Notes: generated by a model not told the origin, from the letters alone. DNA of 62,160 nt, filler included, from Choristocarpus tenellus KU-1152 (GCA_964200185.2; 12 parts of 12 records of this genome joined end to end with filler, not necessarily neighbours in it), one strand, 5' to 3'. Positions 24,844 to 38,558 are shown, counted from the whole stretch's first letter. Made by a program: numbers and translations.

Positions 24844-26758
24844 TTGAATTGCATGGGTCACCAAGTGACCCCGCCAAGGCGGATTGAAGACAGGGGCTGT
24901 ACCTTGATGAGGTTGCTTCATGGCCTTCATGAAGCCCACGTTCAGGAGGACATCCATTAGGTCTCCCGAAGAAAAGAAGGCCTGGACCAACGTTAGGGTT
25001 CATGGGTAATCCTAGGCAATCAGGGTCTTCAGGTTGGATGCGAGGAGAAGTGCTGTTTGTCGCGAAAGCTCAACACATTTAGATTTATCATGAGACATTA
25101 TCTAGCGCTCCAACGTTTTGTATCCCTATCTTGTTGGTTCTACTTCTAGTGTAGTAAATCGAAGAGATGTGCAGCGGGATCATTGAATAATTGGGTCCTC
25201 ATTGTGCATCCCTCAGGTCTGGCGGCAAGAACTACATGCATGTGGTGTTACATCAACTTGTTGAGAGAAACTCAGTCTCTTGACGCAATGGAATAGGGAT
25301 ACATTTGGTAGGCAAGTCATGCTTATCTGGAGAGGGCATGTAACAGCCTCATATCGTAAACCACAACAATGAAATTCAGAGTGCTGGTGCGCATGCAACT
25401 TTCATCTCGCATGTCCTCAGGTATATGGGGGACTTGTCTACATTGAGAGGACGCAAAGTATCTGAGGCGGGGGGGGGTCTACAGCTGGGTGTTCATTTGG
25501 GCCAAAATCAGGAAAAGTGTATTTACATTGTCCATCCGACGTATGCTACCAAATCACCCAAAAATCGCGACGTGAACAAATTGACCCCAAATGGACAGTC
25601 ACCACACCCTCCCATATACCTTGGGTCCCATCACTGTAGAGAAGTCCCCCATATACCTGAGGACATGCAAGATGAAAGTTACGCGTGCACCAGCACGCTG
25701 ACGTTGATTGTTGTGGTTTACCTCGGAGCAAAAGGTATTTCAAACAAAAATATTGGAAGACCTCCAACGTACTATCAAGTATATGTTGGCAGGGCCAAGA
25801 TGCTGCTTCAAGGAGTGCATTTATCGAGCAATACAAGTTCTGAAGATCAAAGGTACGGGGTACTGTCCATACATAGTAGAAGTCCTGCTGGTATTGTCGT
25901 AATTTAGCTGGATTAGATAGTAAATCCTCTAATTGCTTATTAATTACTTGGTTAGGATTATTTATTTTTATTCCTTTATCTTCTGGTAAGTTGGATTTTT
26001 CCACTTCTTCAGAAAGGTCATGTAAATTATCCAATAATTGTTCGTTAGGGGATATTTCATAGCTAATTAGATCTGATGCCTCTTGCACAGGCTCTGGATG
26101 TGTAGGTCATAGAGAAAGGGGTGCCTGAAAATGGCATCCTAGTCGTAGGTGTACACACATCACTACAGCAATGCTCTACGGTATCACTGTGCATATTGAT
26201 GGCTGCACCCCTGTACTCCATCCCTGCTCCTCAGAGAATGGTATGCAATGAAGCAGGTCAACTGAGTACGTACCAAGGCCCACCTGTAGGATGGCTTTGT
26301 CGTAGCACCGATTGGAACCTCTTGGGTTAAGAAAACCCACCATCGAGCGGTCATTGTGGTGCACCCACCTGGTTCAGAATGTGTCAGGAGGAAGGAGTTG
26401 GCAGATTGGCATTCATCACATATCACATGAGGTATGAATTCAGACGAAAGTTGGAACGGGACGGTCCAGAAAAACAAAAATCCCAAAGGTAGAAATTGTT
26501 GACATCAGATTTTTAGTTGAAATTGTGATCAAAATCGACCGGCTGTGGTATGGTAGAGTTTCTGCTGCATGGGCACTACGGTGGTGACTGGAGGGGAGAA
26601 TAAGAAATCTAATGGTACTAGGCCTTACTTTGCCTCCAGTTGACATTTCACCCCCTTTCAGCTCGTCCTTCTCACCTGCCCCTCATCTCCTTCACCGGCC
26701 TTGTCGCCATCTCCGCCTTTACTATCTCTTCCTCCTTCTTTTTCTCAAGTAGCGCCAT
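24844..26758 (-). CDS. Ubiquitin-specific protease (peptidase C19)-like protein, partial
   Basis: In-phase exons 26676-26758, 26284-26368, 24844-24981: ...VGFLNPRGSNRCYDKAILQ|AFFSSGDLMDVLL...RGHLVTHAIQ, resembling the USP Cys box GLxNxGNTCYxNSxLQxL. Confidence 0.6.
25452..25627. mobile_element. MITE family B copy
   Basis: caaagtatctgaggcggggg...aaaatcaggaaaagtgtatttacatt...caaatggacag; reverse complement of 8773-8944. Confidence 0.75.
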
Positions 26759-26870
26759 AATTCTCCCCTCACTCTCTCATCCTCCCTCTTTCGGGCCCTC
26801 TCGCGCCTCTAAGTTCAGATTTGCTTCTAAAGTCACTTCTCTCTCTCTCTTTCTCTCTCTGCATGTATAC

Positions 26871-29450
26871 GTGACATGGCATCTCCCCTGGTCCCACTGC
26901 CTCTACCCTTGTCTGTCCGAGATGTAGGTCTCTTGCGGCTGCACTGTAACATAAGAAGATGCAGTTGGCCATCACTATTCAGGTAGGGGAAGTTACTGGT
27001 GTGGTGACGAAGACTGTGTGGGGGTTGTGTTTGAGATCCGTTGGTAGTTGGACGAGTGTGAGATGATCCTTTTGTTTGGTTGGTGGTAGTTGGACGAGTG
27101 TGAGATGGAAGGCGGTTGGTGAGGAGACACTATCCAGTGCAGGGTACTCCAGAGCATTTCTTGGGTGCCATCATCTGGACAGAAGTTTTGAATAGTTGTG
27201 TGTGTTTGAATTTGCAAATTACCTTGAAAATGAACTGGCGCAGCACCTGTTGATGATTATCACAGCCGGGCACCAAAGTAGGAACGCAGAGAGAGGCGAC
27301 TGATATGGGGAGCTTGTGTGGTGTGCATACCCCTCAAGCTCAAAGCAGTGTGTAAGGTGTTTCAATAATCAGCACCAACACAGAACACACATCCCTGGAA
27401 AGCGTTGACTGGCGGAGAGCATGCTTTGTCAAACTACCTCCGTTGTTTCGTTTTTGTGCAACAGCTGCACTCCCCGCGCGTTCATGTCATTGTCGATGAC
27501 CCTGCTCCGTACTCGATATCCATGTCCCCAACTTGAACCAAGCCCCTTCAACTTGAAACTCACTGCCTTCATTCATTGCCCACCCTCACTCCCACACAAT
27601 CTAAGAATACATACAACAATAACAACTATAAAATGTAAAAATAATGACAACAATAATAATGAAATAACAAGAAAATAATAAAGAATGACAATGAAATAAT
27701 TATGAATTAATAAGAACCACTATAACAGTAGTAAAAATAATATCGTTAGTTGCAACTCCCATTGTACCGTTTGCAACCATGTTGCATGATCCCTGTCACC
27801 ATAGTGTCCGCAATTCCGCGAACTTTTGTCATCTACCCTGCCTCCTTGAATATCCACTTCACTAACGCCATTCAAACACACTCCCAACCCATGAACAGAC
27901 GGCTGCAAGGGCGGCGGCAGCAAGAATATTCCTCGCCAAGGCCAAGGACGCTGTTGCCAAGATGCAGGCCCTGGTGAAGAGGAGAATATTGGCAAAGAGG
28001 ATCCGGGAGAGGTGATTTTGCATTGGGGAGTTGTTGCTACGAAGGTTGAGCCATAGTGATTGAAGGTAGAAAGTATGGAAAGGTCACAGAGTAGAAGGGA
28101 GAAGATGAAAGAACAGAAGTGTGGTTCAACTCCTGTTTGGCGATGGAAAGGTTGGTTCAGTATTGTGATAATAGATTGCGAACATCCATCATTATGCACG
28201 CCTACTTATCCACACTGGATGTTCGCAATCTATCATCAAAATGCTGAACCAACCTTTCCATCGCCAAACAGAAGTTGAATCACACTCCTGCTCTTTCACC
28301 TTCTCTCTTCTACTCAGTGACCTTTCCATACTTTCTACCTTCAATCACTATGGCTCAACCTTCGTAGCAACAACTCCCCAATGCAAAATCACCTCTCCCG
28401 GATCCGCGTTGCTAACATTCTCCTCTTCACCAGGGCCTGCATCTTGCCAACAGCGTCCTTGACCTTGGCAAGGAATATTACTGCTGCCGCCACCATTGCA
28501 GCCGTCTGTTCATGGGTTGGGAGTGTGTTTGAATGGCGTTAGTGAAGTGGATATTCAAGGAGGCAGGTAGATGACAGAAATTCGTGGAATTGCGGACACT
28601 GTGGTGACAGGGATCATGCAACATTGTTGCAAATGTTGCAATGGGAGTTGCAACTAACGATATTATTGTTATTGTTACTGTTATTTCCTTATTATTTTTT
28701 TGAATATTGCTATTATTGTTGTCATTATTTTTACATTTTATAGTTGTTATTGTTGTATATATTCTTACATTGTGTGGGAGTGGGGGTGGACGATGAATGA
28801 AGGCAGTGAGTTTCAGGTTGAAGATGTTTGGTTCAAGTTGGGGACATGGATATCGAGTACGGAGCAGGGTCATCTACAATGACATGAACTCGAGGGGAGT
28901 GCAGCTGTTGGACAAAAACGAAACAACGGAGGTAGTTTGACAAAGCATACTCTCCGCCAGTCAACGCTTTCCAGGGATGCGTGTTCTGTGTTGGTACTGA
29001 TCATTGAAACACCTTACACACTGCTTTGAGCTTGAGGGGTATGCACACCACACAAGCTCCCCATATTAGTCACCTCTCTCTGCGTTCCTACTTTGGTGCC
29101 CGGCTGTGATAATAATCAACAGGTGCTGCGCCAGTTCACACACACCACTATTCAAAACTGGAGTCCAGATGATGGCACCCAAGAAATGCTCTGGAGTAAT
29201 GTCTCTTCACCAACTGCCTTCCATCCATGCTCTCTTTAAACCAAACAAGAGGATCATCTCACACTTATCCAACTACCAACGGAGCTCAAACACAACCCCC
29301 ACACAGTCTTCGTCACCACACCAGTACCTTCCCCTACCTGAATAATGATGGCCGACTGCATCTTCTTATGCTGCAGTGCAGCCGCAAGAGACCTACATCT
29401 CGGACAGACAAGGGTAGAGGCAGTGGGACCAGCGGTGATGCCATGTCACA
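26871..29450. repeat. Large foldback palindrome: two ~1.25-1.3-kb inverted arms with a 27-nt loop
   Basis: Left arm 26871-28188 and right arm 28216-29450 are reverse complements with scattered substitutions and indels (gtgacatggcatc... / ...gatgccatgtcac; gcgaacatcca / tggatgttcgc). Confidence 0.95.
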
Positions 29451-29550
29451 NNNNNNNNNNNNNNNNNNNNNNNNNNNNNNNNNNNNNNNNNNNNTTAATT
29501 AATTAANNNNNNNNNNNNNNNNNNNNNNNNNNNNNNNNNNNNNNNNNNNN
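29451..29550. other. Artificial contig linker
   Basis: N44-TTAATTAATTAA-N44. Confidence 0.98.
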
Positions 29551-31299
29551 GTGAAAAACGGACGCCGACACCCCCCCCCAAGATACTTTGACCCTTATTG
29601 GAGAGTGGAGTAGACCTACTTAAGTTGTTCAAAGGACATTTTTTTGAAAGGTAGAATGAAGGGTTATTTGCGGAATTTGTGCACGTTTTCCACACTTGTG
29701 ATATACAGGGACCCCTAAACAAAAATCCAGTTGTCTCTGGGGTAGCATTGTCTCCTTGCCCTTAACTGCATAACAGCAACGAAGTGCGCAATCTCTTCAC
29801 TTTTCCCTAATGGTACCCAGAGTCATTGTTTAGGGTTACTCACCCAAAGCTTGATTTGACGCCACACATCAGGCAGGAAGTATCCCTCGGACGAAATTGG
29901 CTTGTCATCCCTCATTCCCTTGGCAACTGATATCAGCCTGTAGTCTGGCATTGTTTGCACCGTTGTTTGCATTACTTGTTCCTAGTGCAACAAGGCTCCT
30001 CTGGAAATGCCAGTAAGTGTGATTTGTAAGCAATCATTCTAACAAACACTGCTTTTTGCAACCTACTTCCTGCCACTGTAAATATGGACAATGTGAAGAT
30101 GCCATTCAAGACCTATGTGGGCGCATGGGACAATAACTTTTTATCTTAATTGAGCCTTCCAATAGGTAGAGAGCTCAGGATCGAGGAAGGAGGATCGACA
30201 GGAAGAATCTGTGTGTTGTGGGAGCATACGGAAATTCGAAGTCGTATGGCATGGTAGGGGGTGATGGAAAATCGAAGGATAAAGTTCGGCTCGCATTTAC
30301 AAGCTTGATGAAGTAGTAGGTGTTAGATGACATGGGCAATGTAGTAGGGTTTGGAAAAAACCTACCACATTGTTTTTTTTTCCTTCTTGGGAAAATCCAG
30401 ATGTTATGTAAAATTCGTGAAGTCACACCTATCTATGTATTGTACCTAGTAAAGAGTTCTATGATGCTTTTGAATGTGTACTTCCAGATGCGCGAGTCGG
30501 AGGGTTTGTCTCAAGCACCATATCTACTTCGATGATACATGTACTTGCCTTCAATAGACATAGGAGCCGTTAAGAGCTATCACACATAAATAAAAAGATT
30601 TCTCCATACAGTTGGTGTACCTATCTATACAAGAGAGGGTAGGGGCAAGCAAAAATACCCTCTCTTATATCCTGATCCTCTCGTATTGTATATGAGAACG
30701 CTTTTATCTAAAACCGAGGGATCGGGATAAGATAAGCCTATTTTATATTGAGCAAAAGTAGTCGTAGGCACTATATACTTGTCTCCGAACGACGACAAAC
30801 CGACGCCCTTGCTATATGTGCTTCCCATGTACCTTCAAGAGTAGTTACATGTAGATATTTATCGAACATTACGCTCAGTGAGCTCATTTCGATGGAGCTG
30901 TGGTGGTGCAGCAAGCACCACATCTACAGTACCCCTCCACACTATACTAGTGTCATATGCATACCGTACTGTAACTTGGATAAAATCACACTCATTATGA
31001 TGTATTCACTCATATGTATAGTACACCTTCCCAAGAAAAGCATCCGCAAGCCATTGGATGGCTGGACAGACGACTCGCAGTTCAAATCAAATAAACGTTC
31101 AAAGCCAATCTTCCTCCAGTACCCTGCTCTACGTATTAATTGGACTCTACAAGGTTATTATACAGTACAGTATCAAAAACATATCCATGGATCAAATATA
31201 GCTGCACCGCCATGCATCTCCCACCGCACTCACTGAGTAAAACAACTTATTCGCTGGTCAATAACGGATGCCGGCACCCCCCCCCAGATATATTGGTCC

Positions 31300-32762
31300 C
31301 GCATATAAAAAATTGCGACTGACAAAAAAATCTCGAATGTCCACTTGTTCGATTGCCCTTGCCTCGATTGCGCTAAGCCAAGCCAGCTTTGCTTTCCAAA
31401 GATGGTACGAAACATTATTCATGCTGTCACCCTTCGACGGTTGTTTCTAAGCTTGCAAAACTCGTCAGGTACTTGAGAGTATGGCGGTGGAGGAATCGAG
31501 AACACCGAAGAGGTTGCTCCTTTCCTCACGGCCACCGATGCGCTGCCCCGTCCCATAAACTCATCGTCATCCTTGTCACCCGAGCTTTCATTTTCTGGCT
31601 GATACAAGAATTTTTCGAGCAGCTGGTCTTTCATGTCCTCTAGTGCCGCATTGGCCGCTTCATTGTTGCCTTTCACACCGATCCACGCTCTTGCTGCGTT
31701 TATGGAACCCTTAGACGGCTTTCCGCCAGGTTTGAGGTGCAGAGCGTCAAGAGCATTAGAGAGATCCCCATTAATATATAGGGACATCTTGTGTGGGACC
31801 TTACCTCTACGAAAAAAAATGGCTACCTGTGATACTATAGTAAACAGTACAGACATTAAAGTACGATAGAAACCAGCGCAAGATTTCAAAAAATTCAATC
31901 ATGATCCTCATCAGCAGACAGTGCATAAAGACAATTCAATCATGATCACAATCAACCTACTTTCAGAATTTCAATCCACACGCTGAAGCACCTCGGGTAT
32001 TTTTGGCGCCCCTCATAGACTTGGCGTCAGACTTTGGCGTCTGTACTTTCTCCCTGATGGTTCTTCCCTCTTTCTTCAACTTGTAGAGGGTGTTGTGACC
32101 GATTCTAAACTTTTGAGCAACCGCAGCTCCAGGTATGGTCGTCAGGAGTTTAAATGCTTCAACCTTCTCTGCAAAGCCAAGCATTTACGATTGTTAGCAC
32201 CGCGAGGCTTGTAGGACGCGGCTTTCTCTGTGTAGATATATATGGCAGCACCTTTCCCTTGCCCTTGTTCTTGTTATCATGGCGCTTTGATGCCGTGTTG
32301 TCACTGGTTGTAGGACTCCAACCCTTGCGCTTGATGGGGCTCACGCACAATCTGCACACGCGTTTCATTTCGCTGGCACGAAAAGGATCAGTGATGCCGC
32401 AAATGCCATAGGGATAGCCGCTACAACGTGACACTTATGGCATGTATAGTGTGGTGGATAGGAGTATTACCCTGCATGTTACAGCTGCATCCCACTGCGC
32501 AGGGCATCGTTGTATCTGTACAGTACAATTGTCTAACCCTTGACCTGATACACTGTATGTACTCTACAGTGTAGTACTGAGAGACAAAAGACTGCTATGT
32601 TGATTACTGCTGGTATCGAGTAGGTTTTCTGGATATAAGAGAGATTTGGGAGGAAAACGCCGAAACCTCTCTTATGGCCTAAGAGTCGTAACAAAACAAT
32701 TTACTCTCTCTTATATCCCGTTTCTCTAGTATCGACCTCTCTTATATAGGTATATTGAATGT
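31300..32762 (-). mobile_element. pogo/Tigger-like (Tc1/mariner superfamily) element, internally deleted
   Basis: CENP-B-type HTH LGFAEKVEAFKLL...AVAQKFRIGHNTLYKLKK (~32040-32185), an acidic tail with PPPPY, and a terminal HLWKAKLAWLSAIEARAIEQVDIRDFF. No DDE domain in between. A TA-ending terminal region with ctcttatat repeats lies at ~32620-32763. Confidence 0.7.
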
Positions 32763-32927
32763 AACTTAAGGTAAATTTCACACGTCATCTGTGCTTCCAT
32801 ACGTATTTAACATATTTAGATACCCACACGCAGACGTTGGGAACAAACAAACGAGCGAAACAAAAAAAAAGAGGAGGGGGAGATGGGGAGACTTCGAATC
32901 AGTTGAGAATGAAAAAAGGGGTCACAT

Positions 32928-33027
32928 NNNNNNNNNNNNNNNNNNNNNNNNNNNNNNNNNNNNNNNNNNNNTTAATTAATTAANNNNNNNNNNNNNNNNN
33001 NNNNNNNNNNNNNNNNNNNNNNNNNNN
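32928..33027. other. Artificial contig linker
   Basis: N44-TTAATTAATTAA-N44. Confidence 0.98.
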
Positions 33028-33044
33028 GGGGGGGGGGGGCTTAC

Positions 33045-33228
33045 CTCAGTCTGGAACCTCTCCAGCATAATCTTTTTTTGCATGCCTTGCAGAGTCACTG
33101 GATCTACATCCCCTCCCCTGCCCTTCAGCGGGGATACCCACGTGTCTGCTTTCTTCATCTTTTGCAAGTTTACATTTAGTTCTCCCCCCTCTGTTTTTCG
33201 TGGTGGGAGGAGGGGATCAGACGGTTTG

Positions 33229-33279
<51 letters not shown>

Positions 33280-36200
33280 GGTTGCTCTGACAACAAGTCA
33301 AGTCGCACAACAAGGGGCTAAGGCCTCAAACAACATCAACAAAAACCCAATAGTCCACTACAACAACTCACTACTACCACCACTCCGAATCTTAGATTCA
33401 ATTGAACTGCTACGATTCAATTAACAGAAACTATTAAAAAACTGAAAAACGAGGGGATACATTTGATCTACAATATGTATACAATATGTATACAATCTTG
33501 TGTGAGTATATACGGTGCACATTGCCCGTGGAGTTCGGCGATTTACGCACGCCTCATTTCGTGCGCTGTGTGTATGTTAAAAAACAAAACAAACTACAAT
33601 CCAATACATGCAACATCTTTCTTATTCCAGCTGATTTAACTTGTGCTACAAAATGCTCTTGATTAACAACACACACTACTAGCTAGACGCACGACCAACC
33701 CCTAACCCTATAACCTCCCCGACCAAAAATGAACAAGACCGGCTAGGCATTGAAGTGCAGGAAAAGATGTGTTGAAAAAACAAACAAACCCCTAAATAAA
33801 CGCCGTGGCCACACTATAAACTCCCAACATACGCACGTACTCTTGAAAGTCATAATGAAAAAAAATGGTAACGAAAGGTCTCAGATTCTGTTACAAAACA
33901 AAAAATGAAGTCTACTCTTTTGCCATGCTAGTGCTCTGACTGGATATATAAACACACAATCCCTATCTCTCTCACCCATCATCCAGTAGCTTTCCTCCAC
34001 CACAACCGGGCCCCCTGTGTCCTCCTAGGGCATAAGGAACAAGGTAACCACATGCACAGGAAGGAAAGGCATGGGTGATTTGAAGTTGGATAATGGAGCT
34101 AATTATTGAGGGGGGGAGGGGGGGGAAGGCAACCCTTCCCGTGGTGTGGTTGGACTTCATTTTGCTGGTAACTATTTTTTTTTTTAATTCTACAGAAAAA
34201 GAGTAGCGCGCACCTCGGTATTGATAAATTTGGACGTGTTGCTTGACAGAACAAAAAATACAAAGAGCAGTCGATTGGTTAGTTCAAAATGTAGAAACAA
34301 ACTGTGTTGCGCTTGCGTTTCCTTTCCTACCTAAGTTGGCGTTTATATATATATATATCTCGAAGAGGCTGTACAAAGTACAACTGGTGTTGGTTGCCCT
34401 CTGGTTGGCTTTTGTTTACTACGCTCACTCTAGAGTTCAATCAACTGCTGTGAAAACCAAAACAACGTATGATAACAGCTTAACGTAGCAATCAATTGCA
34501 CCCCTAGAAACAAGAATTATGCTGTTACAGAGAGTGCAACATCCTAACCTCCGGGTTTTACTCCACAGTACAAGATAACACAAAAATAAAATTATAAAAT
34601 GCAGGGAAGATAACAGTTGCACACCACTGCATTGTGTTCTTATGAACAGGACCAAATACACCTATCGTGGAGGGGAGCTGGTGCTCTTGACCTCGTGGAA
34701 AGGTTTAGACAGGGATAATATGCACAGGAGGGTCCGGGACCATTTTTTTTTCTCTCATTTGATGACCATTTTCAGGAAATATCACATGTGACACTTGACT
34801 TATTTGTAGACAGACAGGAGGCACAGGGACCTAATAAATTGTCAGAAACATGGCTGTGTGGAAAGTGATGGAAGGGGTACAATGAAAGGCACAGGTCTCT
34901 TGTGAGTGCATACGAGGTCTTACGCACGAAGAAGAGAGAGACAAATGGGGCCCAACAGATAGTGGTGGGGATAGTTTCATGGGGTTGGGTCATGGGTTAG
35001 ATATATGCGAAGGATAATGCATGGGGTTTTAGTGAAATAGGGGGAGGTGAAGGGGAAGGGTTAGTTTTTGCTTCAGCTTTAGATAAGGGTTGAAGTGTAC
35101 CACAAGATAACAAAGTAAGGTTTGCAGATGCACAGAGAGAAGAAGGGGAGGGGCAAGAGAGTTGGTGTCTCACAGGAAACACCAGACACACCCAGGTGGG
35201 TATGTTGCAGCAAGAAGAGCAGGGCATGTATGTAGAGCTAAAACTCTCCAGATCACTCCCTACATTTGGGACCGAGCTTCAGGCACAACGGCTTGTAACA
35301 AGCACGAGTGACCCCCTCGACGCTACCATCAAAATCAAATCTTCAATGTGGAACTTATCTCCATTCCATTCCATGGCCTTGTATGTCAGTCCAAACTAAA
35401 GTGCTTGAAATCCCCTTTCCTCAATTGGAATTTTGAAGTGCATATTTACCACTCCAGCAATTGTGCTTCTTTTCCTACACATAGCAATGCTCCGACTACC
35501 ATGCAATGCTTGAACATTAAATAGAGATGGGAAATATATGATCCTGCAGTAGCAATAAGAGATCTGATCATTGCATGTGCAGTTGTAACCCATGAGGGGG
35601 GCAGAAGTCCCAATAGGAGCACCAACACCAAGAGGTTTTTCATCTACAGGTTTGGTATGGTCGGAAATTGAGGATGTGATAACAGCAGCATTCGATAGTC
35701 CCAATCTCAAACCTGCTCACCAAGGCATTGGCTTATTGGTATCTACTCTGTGCTAGGGAATATATCATGCCAAACGCTACCACCAGAAGAGGAAAGAGTG
35801 GGTGACTAAGAACAAGTTGGGAAAGATTCCAACCAACTCTTACGGCATGCTCACATCAATGAAGGGGGGATTGCCTTTGATCCCTAGGCAGAGATGACGA
35901 GGTGTGATCTTGCAGTCTATTTGGTCAGGTGTGACCCCTGGAGGGGGTTTTATGTACAGGTTTACCTCCTCCAGAGATTGCTCCCACTCAAACACGGTTC
36001 TTCCTGCATCCAGGAAATGTGCACGCTGCAATTGTAACATTATGGATACCATGCTTTACTTGGACAAGGGGTGAGGGGGACGTGGGGGTCGCAGAACACA
36101 GTTTTCTCGCCCACCTAGTGCACCACAGAGGACAGCAAAAGAGAGTATAACATTGCACGAGGTCCTAACACGTGAAGATGAAAGAGAGGGGTAGTGTTTC

Positions 36201-36836
36201 TATACAACCACTGGGAGATAAATATATCCTCCTGTCTACCACTCCGTGCTCTTCAACATTACTTTCGCTAGCTTTCTTCATCCCCCACATATACCAACGC
36301 TGTCATAGGGTCACTGGGATGGTTGTGGCAGGAGAACGGAGACAATGAGAAATAATGATGAGGAGCTATTTTCTTTACTCGTACACCAGTGGTATTTTGC
36401 TACCTGTCCCATGTCTATTTGCGACATATTGCAACAAGCATTTTCAAAATAAACATCCATCACCCATACAGCTTGCTTGTAGGCTGGCTACACCCGGCTC
36501 TCTCGACTTCTTTGCTCGACTACCCATCCCGATAATCACCAAAGTAGGAATTTTGCAGCGTGTAAGTATGCGGATGATCGGTGACTCACCCTCGTACTCG
36601 AACTTGATCCTTCCTTCAGTACCCTTCTTCGACGCTTCCATCATTTGCGGCAGTAGAGTGCCATCCGCTCCAACACTCACCCCATCACCTGCTCCATTTC
36701 CTACGACCGCTTTACCCTCGTCCATTTTCGCAGGTACACCTCCCCCACCTCGTTCCTGGCCAGGTCCTCCTCCTCGGGTGTCTTCATCATCCGAATCTGA
36801 AACATCGATGTTGTTGAAACGCGAGTAATCTACCAT
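33045..36836 (-). CDS. NUDCD2: NudC domain-containing protein 2-like (CS/p23 domain co-chaperone), 3' truncated
   Basis: In-phase exons 36590-36836, 35855-36003, 33976-34024, 33045-33190: MVDYSRFNNIDVSDSDDE...GRTVFEWEQSLEEVNLYIKPPPG...EESYWMMEGGELNVNLQK...KKIMLERFQTE. Confidence 0.9.
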
Positions 36837-37372
36837 TGCTAAAGACTATTTCGTCGATCTCTTCGCTGAACCTGGCTTGCAAAAGGCACCCTCGTTTAAA
36901 ATGCACAATCCTCAGACTAAATTCATAGGGGACGCCCCTTCGGCCCTTCTGCTTCTCCCTTTGTGTGCGCTGAACTGTCTATGGAACATCAACTCAATAG
37001 TATCTGAAAATAAGATTGTGTTGGTGGTGGTTGAACTCCTCTCAAAACTGAATTGATCACATCGTCCACCTCATCTTTCACTACTCATCTCGTCAAATAC
37101 GTCGTATCTTACAGGAATATGTGAGTCGACCCAAGTGATGCTATCGATTGAAACGAACCAAGGGAGGAGAAGGGAAGACTCACAAAGTTCTTCTTGTAGC
37201 TTCGTTTATGGACATTGAGTTGGAGGCGATCTTGAGACCTTGACCAACTGCTCGTCGCACCAGGGAATATCCTTTCTCAACCGTCTGTTCCCTACACTTC
37301 CCTTGATGCTCGCATATCTCGTGACATTGGTCCTACCTACTTGTTAAATGGGTTAGAAATACTGAGATTGAC

Positions 37373-38062
37373 ATGGAGATGAGTACCTCAATGGGAGGAA
37401 GTTGCAGTTTGAAAACGCTAGGACTGGGAGGAGCAAGTGAACCAACTCAGTTTTCTGGAGGAGAAGGAAGTGGAAAGGAAAAGGGAAAGTCGAAGGGTAA
37501 AGGAACGGGAAAAGCTTGTGTTGGAAGGGAGATCGACTCGATAGGGAAGCTACGCCCCCAACGAATTAGAGCAGGTCGACTCAACAGCGAGGTCAGGGAA
37601 GGTATGAGGAGTGTCACCACTGTTGCCAACATCGTTGAGGTACACAGGAGTGGTGATATTAAGAGAGGAGACGTAGATACTTGCCTTTCTCCCAGATTGA
37701 GTCAGAGCAACGAGGGCGACGACCCGACCATAGATATACCTCGGGGGAGAAAAAGGAGTCGGAGCGTTGACAGCTATCGTGAGGATGTTACTGCTGTCGA
37801 AAAGGACGGAATGAAAGGTGGGAGCGACGACGGCATGGTGAGCAGCATTGTCGGTAGCTTCGGAAGTGGGGACAGACAGAAGGCGGGCCCTGGCAAAGCA
37901 AGCAATCGTCGAAGAAGGCGAGGGGGTGGTGAGAAGAAGTCATGGCCCTGGAGTTTCCGCTTGCATGAGCGGAAGCGGGCAGTTCTTCGCGGCCTTGACA
38001 AGATATTCCAGATGTCGTGGTCAGAGGACAACTTTAGTCTCTTTGGCAATGACATGCTCCAG
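37373..38062 (+). CDS. First exon of an uncharacterised protein, divergent from the NUDCD2-like gene
   Basis: 230-codon ORF with a low-complexity N-terminus, then a globular-looking segment WPWSFRLHERKRAVLRGLDKIF...FGNDMLQ|gtaaac. Confidence 0.6.
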
Positions 38063-38558
38063 GTAAACTTAGAGACCTTGGAAAGTCCTTCAATAGATCC
38101 CTACCTTTTCTCTCTCCGAGTCTCAGCATCGTTGTTCATCTTTATTGTATCACTCCACTTCTGACTTGGGGCGTTTGAGAAGGCTAGACTTTGATAAATC
38201 AGCCAAGATACTCATTGATCCTGTCGGAACCGCACTTGCCACACAATGGAGATGGTAGGCTACATGGACTTAGTAGCCTGTCTGACTCCTTGTGGTGTCG
38301 CAGAGCATCCCAAACCTCTGGTGACACAACCCTACCGAGCATGCCTTGCAACTTGCACTCTGCTCACACTTTTCTCCTCTCGCTCTCTCATATCCTCCCC
38401 TTTCTATTCTTTCTCCCCTCCTCTCCCTTAACCACCCTTCGTTTTTGTGTGATCCTCCCCCTACCCTTTCCATGTGATGTTTAATCTATTTTTATTGGAC
38501 TTGATTATGCTGCAACATCTCTCCCCCCTCCCCCCCCCATGCACACAAACCTTCACAT

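Noticed and set aside
30170-30860. Possible Polinton penton remnant (RNLFIY...APMSIEGK)
   Set aside because: The similarity is too short, and part of the tract (30610-30700) matches pogo-type terminal repeats.
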